A DNA stretch of 32,000 nt from Corynebacterium amycolatum (GCF_049243625.1 NZ_CP046975.1); one strand, 5' to 3'. Positions 10,303 through 19,962 are shown, counted from the first letter of the stretch. The notes: generated by a model not told the origin, from the letters alone. Program-made: numbers and translations.

Positions 10303-13300
10303 ATGGTCATGTCTGCGACCAGCCGAACCAGAACTGACAATCGTCGTGGATCTTCCCGCTCTGCGGAGACAGATGCCACGCGGCGATACCCCGTGCACAG
10401 TGCCACGGAGGAATTCGAGCGCACTCCTAGCGCCATGTCGTTCGTGGGCAATAGCTTGGCCAGCGCCTGGACTGAAACTGCCCGCGGCGTGGCCGGTCTT
10501 GCCCGTCGGGTAGGCGGTCGCAAAAATAAGCGAGATGAAGAGGAGAATATGTCGCGGCGCGAAAGTGACGCCGATTTTTCGACGAAGCCCCGTAGGAAGC
10601 GTCGTAAAGCTGCTAGCGGCTATGACGATGTAATTGAACCGCCGGCACAGGCCTCCGTGCCAGCTGACGAGTTCGACGCAGACTTCGATGAGGGTGGCGA
10701 TCCGGGATCGAAGGATGGCCTCGCACTACTCGTGCTGGCGTTGGCGATTGTGCTCGCTGGCTCGACATGGTTCCACCTGGCAGGGCCAGTGGGGGAGTTC
10801 ATTGAAACGGCAGTGCGCACGCTCATTGGTATCGGCGCTTTTGTACTTCCGGTGCTGCTCGGTGTTGTTTCCGTATTAATGATGCTGGATGCTATGCCAC
10901 GCCGTGAACGTCTGACACCTACCATCACTGGAGCTTCGCTGATCGTGGTGGGGCTGCTCGCAATTGTGCATATCGGCTCGGGTCGTCCTGCGGACTGGCA
11001 GGGGCGACGTGCAGCCGGTGGCGCAATTGGTGGCTATATCGGTTCGCCGCTAGCAGCCGGGTTTACCTCGTGGGTCGCCGTGGTTTTGTTGCTGGGTATC
11101 GTTTTTTACGGCGCTCTGGTGCTCTCTGGCGCGACGGTGCGCCAGCTTATCGATGCCACTAAGGAATACTTCAATTTTTCCGAATGGTCTTCGCGTCGTG
11201 CCGGCGACGAGGCGGAATCGGACGATCCTTACGGCAATGTCGATGACATGCTGGAACGTCGTGCGAGCTGGGATTCCGATACCGCATATGCCGATGAGGA
11301 CTTTGACCAGCCGACGCAGCTAATTGAGCGTCGCCCAAGCCACAGCAGCCGCACGCAACATTCCTCGTCTCGTTCGACCGATCGCTCTGCTTACCGAGCG
11401 CCTCGTCGTGGCGCGGATAGCCGTATGTCCGCACCCGAACCCGCGCCTTACGACGAACCGGATACTGACGGTAACCTCTACGATCTTTTGAACGAAGAGC
11501 CGCAGAGGAACCGACAGGCTCCGCGACGTGCCCGTCAGGTTGAGGATGTCGACTACGACTCGGCAAAGACCACAGTGTTCGATGTCCGGAATGGGGCACC
11601 GCACTCCAATCGAGTTTCCCCAGTGGAGCCGGCGTTTCCGGCAGCTGAGTACGTGGAGGAAACTCAGTCGGATGCAGTACATCGCGACACCGCTGAGACA
11701 GAATCGACTATTCCAGCTGTCGGGGGCACGAACTACCACGCTGTCGACGAGGATTATGACGAGTACTCCGAGTACCCGACGCAGGAGGCTGCTGCAGCTA
11801 GTAACAGCGAACGGAATTGTGTTTCCGATTCCCGAGCTCCGAAACAGCCCGCTGTTCAACCTGAGGTCGTAGAGCCGGCGAGCGCGCCGCAGGGCGAGTC
11901 GTCTGTCGATGATTCGCGGGATGCAGTGTCTGAGGCTACCCGCCGCACAATGGATGCCATTGCTGCTCGTTCTGGTATCGATGCCTCTAAGATTCCGGCC
12001 ACAACTCCGAAGTCTGAATTGGAAAAGGATGCCGAGGGTACTTCCGGTTCGTCGGCACGCACGCCGGAATCTGACTATCACCTGCCATCGACTAACTTGT
12101 TGATTCCAGGTGAGCGTCCCAAGACACGTACGGCGACGAACGACCGCATGATCGAGGCGATTACTGAAGTATTCGCAGAATTCAAGGTCGATGCTGCGGT
12201 GACTGGTTTCTCTCGCGGTCCGACGGTGACTCGCTACGAGGTCGAGCTTGGCCCGGGCGTGAAGGTCTCGAAGATCACGAACCTGCAGTCCAACATTGCC
12301 TACGCGGTAGCGACCGACAATGTCCGCTTACTGACTCCGATTCCGGGGAAGTCGGCCGTTGGTATCGAGGTGCCGAACAACGACCGTGAGATGGTTCGGC
12401 TTGCCGACGTACTCAACGCGCCCAAGACCGTTGCGAACGATGACCCGATGCTGATTGGTCTCGGTAAGGATATTGAGGGCGAGTTTATCTCGCACTCCAT
12501 CCAGAAAATGCCGCACCTTCTCGTTGCCGGTTCGACCGGTTCGGGTAAGTCCGCATTCGTAAACTCGATGTTGGTGTCACTGCTGACTCGTGCGACCCCG
12601 GAGGATGTCCGCCTGATTCTGGTGGACCCGAAGATGGTCGAGCTGACTCCATATGAGGGGATTCCTCACCTCATTACGCCAATCATTACTCAGCCGAAGA
12701 AGGCCGCGGCGGCTCTGCAGTGGCTGGTTGAAGAGATGGAACAGCGCTACATGGACATGAAGGCCGCCCGCGTCCGTCACATCAAGGACTTCAACCGTAA
12801 GGTCAAGTCCGGTGAGATTACGACCCCACTTGGCTCGGAGCGCGAGTACCGTCCGTACCCGTACATTGTCTGTGTCGTTGACGAGTTGGCAGACCTGATG
12901 ATGACCGCACCCCGCGATATCGAAGATGCGATTGTGCGCATCACGCAAAAGGCCCGTGCCGCCGGTATCCACTTGGTGCTGGCTACGCAGCGTCCGTCTG
13001 TGGATGTGGTCACCGGCTTGATTAAGACGAACGTGCCATCGAGACTGGCATTCGCTACCTCGTCGCTCACGGACTCCCGCGTCATTCTTGACCAGGGCGG
13101 TGCTGAAAAGCTCATTGGTATGGGCGATGGCCTGTTCATCCCACAGGGTGCAGGCAAGCCGCGACGTCTTCAGGGCGCCTTCGTCACAGACGAAGAGATT
13201 CAGGCAGTAGTCGATGCAGCTAAGGCGCAGGCCGAGCCGGATTACACCGAGGGAGTCACGGAGGATAAGAGCGCTGAGGCTGAGCGCAACATTGACCCTG

Positions 13301-13605
13301 ATATCGGAGATGACCTGGAAGATTTGCTTCAGGCAGTCGAGCTGGTGGTCACCGCACAGCACGGGTCGACCTCGATGTTGCAGCGCAAGATGCGAGTCGG
13401 TTTCGCCAAGGCCGGTCGACTGATGGATCTGATGGAAACTCGCGGAGTGGTTGGACCGTCAGAGGGATCTAAGGCACGTGAGGTGCTGGTCAAGCCAGAG
13501 GAGCTCGAAACCATTAAGTGGATGATCAAGGGCGCAAACCCGGAGGATGCTCCTAAGGAAGAAGTAAACGTAGTCGACGCGGATCCGAATCAATCTATGG
13601 CGTAG
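10303..13605 (+). CDS. ftsK: DNA translocase FtsK
   Basis: It has N-terminal TM helices, a long low-complexity linker, and a motor domain with Walker A GSTGSGKS and Walker [10 protein letters not shown]. The C-terminal gamma winged-helix ([24 protein letters not shown]) is present. The exact start (10303 or 10309) is uncertain. Confidence 0.93.
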   Translation: MVMSATSRTRTDNRRGSSRSAETDATRRYPVHSATEEFERTPSAMSFVGNSLASAWTETARGVAGLARRVGGRKNKRDEEENMSRRESDADFSTKPRRKRRKAASGYDDVIEPPAQASVPADEFDADFDEGGDPGSKDGLALLVLALAIVLAGSTWFHLAGPVGEFIETAVRTLIGIGAFVLPVLLGVVSVLMMLDAMPRRERLTPTITGASLIVVGLLAIVHIGSGRPADWQGRRAAGGAIGGYIGSPLAAGFTSWVAVVLLLGIVFYGALVLSGATVRQLIDATKEYFNFSEWSSRRAGDEAESDDPYGNVDDMLERRASWDSDTAYADEDFDQPTQLIERRPSHSSRTQHSSSRSTDRSAYRAPRRGADSRMSAPEPAPYDEPDTDGNLYDLLNEEPQRNRQAPRRARQVEDVDYDSAKTTVFDVRNGAPHSNRVSPVEPAFPAAEYVEETQSDAVHRDTAETESTIPAVGGTNYHAVDEDYDEYSEYPTQEAAAASNSERNCVSDSRAPKQPAVQPEVVEPASAPQGESSVDDSRDAVSEATRRTMDAIAARSGIDASKIPATTPKSELEKDAEGTSGSSARTPESDYHLPSTNLLIPGERPKTRTATNDRMIEAITEVFAEFKVDAAVTGFSRGPTVTRYEVELGPGVKVSKITNLQSNIAYAVATDNVRLLTPIPGKSAVGIEVPNNDREMVRLADVLNAPKTVANDDPMLIGLGKDIEGEFISHSIQKMPHLLVAGSTGSGKSAFVNSMLVSLLTRATPEDVRLILVDPKMVELTPYEGIPHLITPIITQPKKAAAALQWLVEEMEQRYMDMKAARVRHIKDFNRKVKSGEITTPLGSEREYRPYPYIVCVVDELADLMMTAPRDIEDAIVRITQKARAAGIHLVLATQRPSVDVVTGLIKTNVPSRLAFATSSLTDSRVILDQGGAEKLIGMGDGLFIPQGAGKPRRLQGAFVTDEEIQAVVDAAKAQAEPDYTEGVTEDKSAEAERNIDPDIGDDLEDLLQAVELVVTAQHGSTSMLQRKMRVGFAKAGRLMDLMETRGVVGPSEGSKAREVLVKPEELETIKWMIKGANPEDAPKEEVNVVDADPNQSMA

Positions 13606-13617
13606 GACGACCCAGCC

Positions 13618-13646
13618 TTACCGCCGTTTCTGATTGCGTGTATAGT
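13618..13646 (+). promoter_or_regulatory. Candidate sigma-A type promoter for the riboswitch-TerC transcript
   Basis: A -10-like TATAGT sits at 13641-13646, about 9 nt before the riboswitch 5' end. A weak -35-like TTACCG sits at 13618-13623 with a 17-nt spacer. Confidence 0.3.
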
Positions 13647-13654
13647 CGGCACAC

Positions 13655-13806
13655 GTGGAGGGGAGTATCCCCGGTAAAAGCGGATGTTTTCCGCTAGCCC
13701 GTGACGGTTATCGTCAGCACGGATTGGACGCACAGACTCGTCTTGTGCACATCGAATCCCGGTACCGTCACTTTTGCCACTATGGCAGAAGCAGGAGAGA
13801 CCTCCG
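13655..13806 (+). promoter_or_regulatory. yybP-ykoY (Mn2+) riboswitch aptamer
   Basis: Conserved 5' element GGAGGGGAGUA (13657-13667). Internal elements GACGCACAGAC...GUGCACAUC and UUGCCACUAUGGCAGAA. A 3' GAGAGACCUCC whose CCUCC (13801-13805) pairs with GGAGG (13657-13661). It lies directly upstream of a TerC-family gene, a classic regulon member. Confidence 0.75.
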
Positions 13807-13839
13807 GTTCATGTTCGCACGACCGGAGGTCTTTTTTTA
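13798..13839 (+). terminator. Riboswitch expression-platform intrinsic terminator
   Basis: An 11-bp stem AGACCTCCGGT (13798-13808) / ACCGGAGGTCT (13822-13832) with a 13-nt loop and a run of seven T (13832-13838). The 5' arm overlaps the 3' strand of aptamer helix P1, so the two folds are mutually exclusive. Confidence 0.75.
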
Positions 13840-13841
13840 AT

Positions 13842-14975
13842 ATGCATGTCCCCGCATTGGTATGGATTATCACCATTGTGGTCGTCATGGGTTTTATCGC
13901 CTTTGACTTCTATGCACACGTTCGCACGCCGCATAACCCAACTATGAAGGAAGCCGGCATCTGGACCGCTTTCTACGTAGTCTTGGCATTAATTTTCGGC
14001 GGAATGGTGTGGTTGTTATGGGATCACCACCGAGGCATTGAGTTTCTATCGGGCTATATCACCGAAAAGGCGCTCAGCGTAGACAACCTATTTGTCTTTG
14101 CACTCATCATCGGCGCATTCAAGATTCCGCGCCAGTACCAACAAAAGGTTTTGCTGTTTGGTATTGCGATGGCGCTGGTATTCCGAGGCCTGTTCATTTG
14201 GGCTGGTGCGGCAGTTATTGCCAAGTGGTCTGACGTTTTCTACCTGTTTGCAATCTTCCTGATTTACACGGCTATCAAGACGGTGTACGACGAAGCCGTC
14301 GATAAGCCGGAACCCGATCCGTCGGATATGAAGCTGATTCAATGGCTGCGTCGAATCGTCCCAATTTCGGACCATTACAACAAGGACAAGTTGACCGTTA
14401 AGGAAAACGGCAAGCGTTACTTGACTCCACTTGCCATCGCGCTGGTGTCCATCGGTTTTATCGATGTGATGTTTGCGTTTGACTCTATCCCGGCTATCTA
14501 CGGTCTGACGGATGAGGCATACATCGTCTTTACTGCAAATGCCCTTGCTCTCATGGGTTTGCGACAGATGTACTTCCTGCTCGACGGTCTGCTGGATCGC
14601 TTGGTGTACCTGGCTTATGGCCTGGGTGTCATCCTGGCCTTTATTGGTGTGAAGTTGCTGTTGCACGCACTGCATGAAAACAACCTGCCGTTTATCAACA
14701 GCGGTGAGAACGTGTCGGTGCCTGAAGTATCGACCTGGGCGTCGCTGGCGGTCATCGTCATCGTTCTGGTGGTGACTGTCCTGGCATCGTGGCTCAAGAG
14801 CAAGCGTGATGAAAACATGGGTGCGATTGCCCTTCCGCGTGTTCACCACGATGATGATGGAAGCCGCGATGGCCTCGGCTCTCACGCCTCCTCTACTTCT
14901 GTCAGTGAGGGGTCAACGTCGGCCGGAAGCGAAACTAACGGTTCACACACCGGTAAGAACGAGCCTGGGCGTTAA
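13842..14975 (+). CDS. TerC-family integral membrane protein (Alx/YkoY-like, putative Mn2+ exporter)
   Basis: Multi-TM protein with TerC-type motifs (EKALSVDNLFVF, FAFDSIPA). I place the start at ATG 13842 (MHVPALVWII...) because the ORF-track start 13701 lies inside the riboswitch, upstream of its terminator. Confidence 0.85.
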   Translation: MHVPALVWIITIVVVMGFIAFDFYAHVRTPHNPTMKEAGIWTAFYVVLALIFGGMVWLLWDHHRGIEFLSGYITEKALSVDNLFVFALIIGAFKIPRQYQQKVLLFGIAMALVFRGLFIWAGAAVIAKWSDVFYLFAIFLIYTAIKTVYDEAVDKPEPDPSDMKLIQWLRRIVPISDHYNKDKLTVKENGKRYLTPLAIALVSIGFIDVMFAFDSIPAIYGLTDEAYIVFTANALALMGLRQMYFLLDGLLDRLVYLAYGLGVILAFIGVKLLLHALHENNLPFINSGENVSVPEVSTWASLAVIVIVLVVTVLASWLKSKRDENMGAIALPRVHHDDDGSRDGLGSHASSTSVSEGSTSAGSETNGSHTGKNEPGR

Positions 14976-15006
14976 TCGAACACGATTGTGAGATAAGGTA
15001 ACAACT

Positions 15007-15573
15007 GTGACTGCTCCAAGTGCTGATACAAGCCGTGTTTCCAACTGGAACTTGCCCAATTTCCTGACCGTGCTTCGCATCCTCGGAGTACCGGTGTTCC
15101 TGTGGGTACTTCTTCAGGAGGGCGGCGAAGCCACCAATTGGCGCTGGTGGTCGTTTGTCGTATTCGCGCTTCTGATGGCGACTGACAAGTTGGACGGGCA
15201 CCTCGCACGTAGCCGTAACCTCATTACCGACTTTGGCAAGATTGCCGATCCGATTGCCGATAAGGCTCTAATGCTGGCTGCGCTGATTGGTATGAACATC
15301 ATCGACATTCTGCCGTGGTGGGTGACTGTCATCATCGTGATTCGCGAAGGTGGCATCACCATCTGGCGTATGTTCGCCCTGCGTCAGGGGCGTGTTGTTC
15401 CGGCTTCTCGGGGCGGCAAGATAAAGACGGTCCTGCAGTCTGTAGCAGTGGGGCTCTTCCTGATGCCAGTGGACTGGTTGTTCTGGCCGTCCTGGATTGT
15501 GATGGTTGCCGCCATTGTCGTCACCGTCGGTACTGGTATCCAGTACATTGTGGATGCGCGAAAGGTCTCGTAG
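15007..15573 (+). CDS. pgsA: CDP-diacylglycerol--glycerol-3-phosphate 3-phosphatidyltransferase
   Basis: CDP-alcohol phosphatidyltransferase motif DKLDGHLARSRNLITDFGKIADPIADK. 188 aa, membrane protein, GTG start. It occupies the conserved position after ftsK. Confidence 0.88.
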   Translation: MTAPSADTSRVSNWNLPNFLTVLRILGVPVFLWVLLQEGGEATNWRWWSFVVFALLMATDKLDGHLARSRNLITDFGKIADPIADKALMLAALIGMNIIDILPWWVTVIIVIREGGITIWRMFALRQGRVVPASRGGKIKTVLQSVAVGLFLMPVDWLFWPSWIVMVAAIVVTVGTGIQYIVDARKVS

Positions 15574-15582
15574 AGAAATTAA

Positions 15583-16140
15583 GTGGAGGGTAAAGCTGTG
15601 AACACAGTCGAACGCCTCGCCCAGAGCGACGAAAACGCTGACGGTGTCGATGGCGTTTCGCTTCAACTCGTCCAAACGCTTACGGCTCGTGGCGAGACTT
15701 TTGCAGCCGCAGAATCACTTACCGCAGGTCTTCTCTGCGCTACAGTTGCCTCCGTACCGGGAGCCTCCGCCGTTCTCCGCGGTGGCGTGGTCACTTACGC
15801 CACTGACACGAAGGCATTGCTTGCCGACGTGCCAAAGGATGCTTTGGCCGCATATGGCCCCGTGTCCGAGTTGACGGCCCGGTATATGGCACTTGGAGTG
15901 GCAAATAAAGCAGTGGCGGACTGGGGGATTTCGCTAACTGGCGTTGCTGGTCCAGCGATGCAGGATGGGCACCCAGTAGGTGAAGTCTGGTGTGGTCTGA
16001 AACCGCCGGGAGTTTCGTACCTTGATGGGGTAACTGCTGTTAGGTTGCCGGTGAATAAAGAGGGGTCGCGCGCGGAGATTCGTCGTCAAGCAGTGGTATT
16101 GGCGTTAGAACTGTTGTTGCAGAATCTCGAGGGTGAGTAG
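15583..16140 (+). CDS. cinA: CinA-family C-terminal domain protein (nicotinamide-nucleotide amidase, PncC-like)
   Basis: Motifs AAESLTAGLL and SLTGVAGP are typical of the CinA/PncC deamidase domain. GTG 15598, 8 nt after GGAGGG, is a more likely start than 15583. Confidence 0.82.
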   Translation: MEGKAVNTVERLAQSDENADGVDGVSLQLVQTLTARGETFAAAESLTAGLLCATVASVPGASAVLRGGVVTYATDTKALLADVPKDALAAYGPVSELTARYMALGVANKAVADWGISLTGVAGPAMQDGHPVGEVWCGLKPPGVSYLDGVTAVRLPVNKEGSRAEIRRQAVVLALELLLQNLEGE

Positions 16141-16152
16141 AATTTTTGAAAA

Positions 16153-16626
16153 TTGGGAACAGGTCGGCCCTCTAAAGCGTTAGAGAAAGTGATGACCAAC
16201 AATACTGCACTTATGACCATTTGCTACCCAGAGGTAGATAGCGCTGCTGCTTTGCAGGCTTCCATGGATGCCACAGCGCCGTCGGCACGGGTGGCTGTAG
16301 CGGAGCAGCCTGAATCGGTTGCAAAGTTAACGGCACAGGATTTGGCGGAACGGGGAGAATCTCGTGAGCCACTCCTGCGAGAGGCACTGGGGGAAACGCT
16401 GCGTGATATTCGTTCGCGCAGTGGACAGACGCTGCGTGAGCTTTCTGAACATGCGGCTATTAGCCCTGGTTATTTGTCCGAGCTTGAGCGTGGACGGAAA
16501 GAAGTCTCATCTGAGCTGCTGGCGTCCGTATGTGCGGCGCTTGGTGTGACGGTGTCAGATTTGATGATGGAGGCGGCCACAGCGATGGCTCTGCATTCGG
16601 CGAGCCCGGAATTGGCAGCGATGTAG
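16153..16626 (+). CDS. clgR: XRE-family HTH transcriptional regulator, ClgR-like
   Basis: The HTH region LGETLRDIRSRSGQTLRELSEHAAISPGYLSELERGRKEVSSELLASVCAALGV resembles actinobacterial ClgR. It has the conserved neighbours pgsA/cinA upstream and pspA downstream. The start is uncertain (ATG 16192 or later); the HTH begins only about 70 aa into the ORF. Confidence 0.72.
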   Translation: MGTGRPSKALEKVMTNNTALMTICYPEVDSAAALQASMDATAPSARVAVAEQPESVAKLTAQDLAERGESREPLLREALGETLRDIRSRSGQTLRELSEHAAISPGYLSELERGRKEVSSELLASVCAALGVTVSDLMMEAATAMALHSASPELAAM

Positions 16627-16767
16627 AAATTGGTTGCGGCGGTGGAATTTCACTCCACTGCTCCGGCACTTAGCACCCGAAGATGCTTGGCTTTAGTTAA
16701 GATTGGGTGCGCGATAAGCACAGACCTGCTTTGAGGTAGTTGCAATAAGAAAGGTGTATGGGACGCT

Positions 16768-17595
16768 ATGGCTAATCCATTTGTAAAGCTGTGGAATTAC
16801 TTGATGGCCGCTTTTGATTCCAAGATTGAGGAAAACGCTGATCCGAAGGTGCAGATTCAGCAGGCTATCGAGGATGCCCAGCGGCAGCACCAGGAACTAT
16901 CGCAGCAGGCAGCGGCGGTGATTGGTAATCAGCGCCAGCTGGAAATGCGCCTTAACCGCCAGCTCGCTGAAATTGAAAAGCTGCAGGGGAACACTCGTCA
17001 GGCATTGCAGCTCGCTGACAAGGCTCGTGCTGAGGGGGATACCGCCAAGGCTACGGAGTATGAGAACGCAGCTGAGGCTTTCGCAGCTCAGTTGGTTACT
17101 GCTGAGCAGTCGGTAGAAGATTTGAAGGCTCTGCACGATCAGTCGCTGCAGCAGGCAACTCAGGCTAAGAAGGCCGTCGAGCGTAATTCCATGCAGTTGC
17201 AGCAGAAGGTCGCGGAGCGCGCAAAGCTCCTCAGCCAGCTGGAGCAAGCAAAGATGCAGGAGAAGGTCTCTGAGTCCTTGCAGTCGATGAATCAGATTTC
17301 TTCGGGGGCTACACCTAACCTGGATCAGGTTCGTGACAAGATTGAGCGTCGTTACGCTAACGCTCTTGGCCAGGCTGAGCTGGCTCAGAACTCGGTTCAG
17401 GGGCGTATGGCTGAGGTAGAGGCCGCAGGCGTTCAGCTTGCTGGGCACTCTCGCCTGGAGCAGATTCGCGCAGAAATGAACGGCGGCAACGAGCTCTCTG
17501 GTGGCGAGGCTCAGAAGTCCATCGAGGGAAATGCTGCCTCCAACGTTGACCCTGCTGTTGCTGAGCGCATGCGCCAGCTGCGTGAGGGCAATTAA
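16768..17595 (+). CDS. pspA: PspA/IM30 family membrane-stress protein
   Basis: The N-terminus [38 protein letters not shown] is characteristic of PspA/IM30. The body is long, coiled-coil and Gln/Ala/Glu-rich. Confidence 0.85.
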   Translation: MANPFVKLWNYLMAAFDSKIEENADPKVQIQQAIEDAQRQHQELSQQAAAVIGNQRQLEMRLNRQLAEIEKLQGNTRQALQLADKARAEGDTAKATEYENAAEAFAAQLVTAEQSVEDLKALHDQSLQQATQAKKAVERNSMQLQQKVAERAKLLSQLEQAKMQEKVSESLQSMNQISSGATPNLDQVRDKIERRYANALGQAELAQNSVQGRMAEVEAAGVQLAGHSRLEQIRAEMNGGNELSGGEAQKSIEGNAASNVDPAVAERMRQLREGN

Positions 17596-17600
17596 TTCTG

Positions 17601-18221
17601 CTACTCACCTTCGCCACGTGCGATTAGCGAATCACCCATTGCCTTCGAGCGGTTAATGGTTCGGATGACCACAGGTACGCCGAAGGCGATGATTGAGCCG
17701 GCAGCCCCTCGGGCTTTTCGAGCCTCCAGTACCTCGGCAGCGGCCATAACTTGAAGCGGAATCATACGCAGCGTCAGCGATAGTGCGAGCGCGATGGTGT
17801 CGACTGGTAGGCCGAAACGAGCGAACGGTTGCATCGCAGTGGTCAAAGTATCCATGATGTCGCTGACGCGGGTCGTCAGCGTTAGCAATATTGCCGCTGC
17901 GATTGCGGCGAGAAGCGCGAGGAAGGTCGTCAGCGCTTGCTCACCCCCGGCGCGCCACCATAGGAGAAGCGAAAGCAGCGCCAAAATGATTACGGCTCCA
18001 CGGAGCTGTCGGAAAGCAACCATGGGTGGCACCTTGGCCACCGCATAAGCGAGGGTGACAATTGCCAGGGCAATCGCCCCGCCTAACCAGGTATCCACGA
18101 GGATCCCGGTGAGCAATAAAAATGCGATGACAATGATGAGCTTGGGGGCCGTCGGGAGCCTGTGCGCAGGCGACTTATGGTTGAGGTAAAGCCCTAACGG
18201 GACATCGGCTGGATGAATCAT
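17601..18221 (-). CDS. bioN: ECF transporter transmembrane (T) component, BioN-like
   Basis: Hydrophobic 206-aa CbiQ/EcfT-like protein with an ARG-containing C-terminal region (EARKARGA). Its ATG overlaps the stop of the upstream ATPase gene (ATGA at 18218-18221). It is the last gene of the bioY-ATPase-T operon. Confidence 0.72.
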   Translation of the reverse strand: MIHPADVPLGLYLNHKSPAHRLPTAPKLIIVIAFLLLTGILVDTWLGGAIALAIVTLAYAVAKVPPMVAFRQLRGAVIILALLSLLLWWRAGGEQALTTFLALLAAIAAAILLTLTTRVSDIMDTLTTAMQPFARFGLPVDTIALALSLTLRMIPLQVMAAAEVLEARKARGAAGSIIAFGVPVVIRTINRSKAMGDSLIARGEGE

Positions 18222-18919
18222 GAGCGGCCTTCTTCTGCACGAGTCATATCGCTGACGTATCGGTCAATAACTTCCTTGGGCGCACCGTCGTCGACGATTT
18301 CTCCTGCGCTTACACGGATAACCCGGTCGAAGTCCATAAGAAAATCCAGATCATGAGTGACCACGATAATTTGCTGCTCAAGCTGGGCGAAAATTTTCCG
18401 AATGTGGAGACGATTACGCAAGTCGAGGAGCGTAGTGGGCTCATCGGCAATAATGGTCGTGGGATTAAGAATTAACACTGCCGCCAGCGCCAGAAGCTGT
18501 TTTTGTCCACCCGAGAGCACGTGCGGCGAGGCGTCAGCATGATCGGCGAGCCCAAATCGCTCGAGGGCTTCCTGCACCAGCTGGTTGCGCTCATCCTTTG
18601 TTAGCTTTCGCTTGCGTAGTGAAAAGGCAATGTCCTCTGCGACTGTCGGCATCACAATTTGGTTATCCGCATCAGAAAAGATGAAGCCGACCTTCTTGCG
18701 AATTGCCTTTGCCTGCTTTGCGACATTCATGCCCTCATACGTAACCGTGCCGCCAGTGACCGGGCCCAGGCCGTTAATAAGTCGCACCAGCGTGGACTTA
18801 CCGCCACCGTTTTCGCCGATAATGCCGATACGGTTCTCTGTGAGAGTTAGCGTGGTTGGCCTCAATATCTGGCGTCCCGAATAGGTTGCGGAAGCGCGGT
18901 CAAAAGCGATGGTGGGCAT
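18218..18919 (-). CDS. bioM: ECF transporter ATP-binding (A) component, BioM-like
   Basis: Walker A GENGGGKST, ABC signature LSGGQKQ, Walker B IIADEPT. 233 aa. Confidence 0.82.
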   Translation of the reverse strand: MPTIAFDRASATYSGRQILRPTTLTLTENRIGIIGENGGGKSTLVRLINGLGPVTGGTVTYEGMNVAKQAKAIRKKVGFIFSDADNQIVMPTVAEDIAFSLRKRKLTKDERNQLVQEALERFGLADHADASPHVLSGGQKQLLALAAVLILNPTTIIADEPTTLLDLRNRLHIRKIFAQLEQQIIVVTHDLDFLMDFDRVIRVSAGEIVDDGAPKEVIDRYVSDMTRAEEGRS

Positions 18920-18952
18920 AGTGCGACTCGAGGACCTTTCTAAGTCTGTGGG

Positions 18953-19570
18953 TTAATTGCCCGAGGTGGCTGCTTCCTTAACCAAACGACTTTGCTTACG
19001 GTTGGCAGCGTCGGGAAGCAAATCAGGGAAAGCCTGCAGTACGGCAGTAGCAATAAGCGCGGCTACGACAACCTTTGCAACGTCGCCCGGGATAAACGGG
19101 ACGTTGGTAATCAGTGCGTCGGTGAAGCTAAGTCCCATACGCCATGCCAAGCCGACAGATCCGAAGAAGTACTGCAGTAGAACTCCGACGAGGCCCGCGC
19201 CGATGAAGACGCTGATTCGTGAAACCTTCGCCCGCGGTGCTTGCTGGGCAATCGCGCCGATTGCGAAACCGGCAATTAAGTAGCCGACAATGTAACCCAC
19301 GGTAGGGCCGGGGAGTGCGGCGAGAAGTGGTTTCCAGCCCGCCATGTTTGGGACACCCACGAGCCCAACAGCCAGGAACAGGGTAGTGGCGAGGCCGCCG
19401 CGTTTGAATCCGAGAATCATCCCTGCCAGTGCGATGCCCATGTTCTGTAGCACGATTGGCACGCCGAGACCGCCAACGGGAATGGCAATCCCGCCGAGTA
19501 CGATGATCAGTGCTGCGAAAGCAGCGATAATAGTGAGGTCATACACCTTGGAATTATTCACAGCTCTCAT
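18953..19570 (-). CDS. bioY: Biotin transporter substrate-binding (S) component BioY
   Basis: BioY-like hydrophobic protein (VPIVLQNMGIALAGMILG, PTVGYIVGY, IPGDVAKV). I place the start at ATG 19570 (MRAVNNSKVYDL...), preceded by GGGGA. The longer ORF-track start 19678 adds a non-hydrophobic 36-aa leader and would overlap the DUF3046 gene start. Confidence 0.82.
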   Translation of the reverse strand: MRAVNNSKVYDLTIIAAFAALIIVLGGIAIPVGGLGVPIVLQNMGIALAGMILGFKRGGLATTLFLAVGLVGVPNMAGWKPLLAALPGPTVGYIVGYLIAGFAIGAIAQQAPRAKVSRISVFIGAGLVGVLLQYFFGSVGLAWRMGLSFTDALITNVPFIPGDVAKVVVAALIATAVLQAFPDLLPDAANRKQSRLVKEAATSGN

Positions 19571-19676
19571 CTTAATCCCCTGGGTTGAGCACTGTTCAGG
19601 CAGGGGAGCGGGGATTAGGTTATGAACAGAGGGGGCCAGGTAGGTATCAGTGACAGGTATCTTGTACGTTGGTCTC

Positions 19677-19883
19677 ATGCGATTGGCCGATTTTCACAAC
19701 TTCGTCAATTACGAATTTGGGCCTCAGCACGGCCCGTGGCTGTTGCATTCCCACGTGCTGATGGAATATGGAAAGACTCCCGCGGAATTGCTTGAGGACG
19801 GGGTCGAACCTCGAGATATCTGGTGGGCGCTGTGTAGGGAACACGATATTCCTGAAGACCGCTGGTACGGCCCTGACGAATAG
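19677..19883 (+). CDS. DUF3046-family small protein (conserved upstream of recA in actinobacteria)
   Basis: The sequence MRLADFHNFVNYEFGPQHGPWLLHSHVL...DIWWALC and its position immediately upstream of recA match the actinobacterial DUF3046 gene (Rv2738c-like, from memory). The start at ATG 19677 is preferred over 19650. Confidence 0.7.
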   Translation: MRLADFHNFVNYEFGPQHGPWLLHSHVLMEYGKTPAELLEDGVEPRDIWWALCREHDIPEDRWYGPDE

Positions 19884-19932
19884 GTTCCGGCGTAGACAAC
19901 GGCGAATGCTTGCCGACGGCACTTGCGTGTCG

Positions 19933-19962
19933 TTGCCATTCGAACAGGGTTTCGCATATTAT
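19933..19962 (+). promoter_or_regulatory. Candidate recA promoter (TTGCCA-N18-TATTAT)
   Basis: -35-like TTGCCA at 19933-19938 and -10-like TATTAT at 19957-19962 with an 18-nt spacer. It lies about 225 nt upstream of the recA ATG. Confidence 0.45.
19940..19955 (+). promoter_or_regulatory. LexA SOS box candidate (TCGAACAGGGTTTCGC)
   Basis: It resembles the actinobacterial SOS-box consensus TCGAAC-N4-GTTCGA: the left half matches exactly and the right half matches 4 of 6. It sits exactly in the spacer of the putative recA promoter. Confidence 0.55.

Noticed and set aside
11170-12100. A very long low-complexity, acidic and Pro/Ser/Arg-rich segment in the middle of FtsK.
   Set aside because: Variable disordered linkers between the membrane domain and the motor are a normal feature of FtsK. 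Nothing suggests a separate gene or an insertion.
13655-13841. A 61-aa ORF (13655-13840) and the first 47 codons of the 13701-14975 ORF.
   Set aside because: They run through the Mn2+ riboswitch aptamer and its intrinsic terminator. The hydrophobic TerC sequence only begins at ATG 13842.
16708-16721. TGCGCGATAAGCAC upstream of pspA resembles the ClgR-box core CGC-N5-GCG.
   Set aside because: The match is imperfect (CGC-N5-GCA), with weak flanks in a short motif, so it is too likely to arise by chance. It would need a weight-matrix scan or EMSA.
17593-17603. pspA and bioN converge with only 5 nt between their stop codons and no room for a terminator.
   Set aside because: This was noted as a possible source of transcriptional interference. 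There is no sequence feature to support any specific mechanism, and tight convergent packing is not rare.
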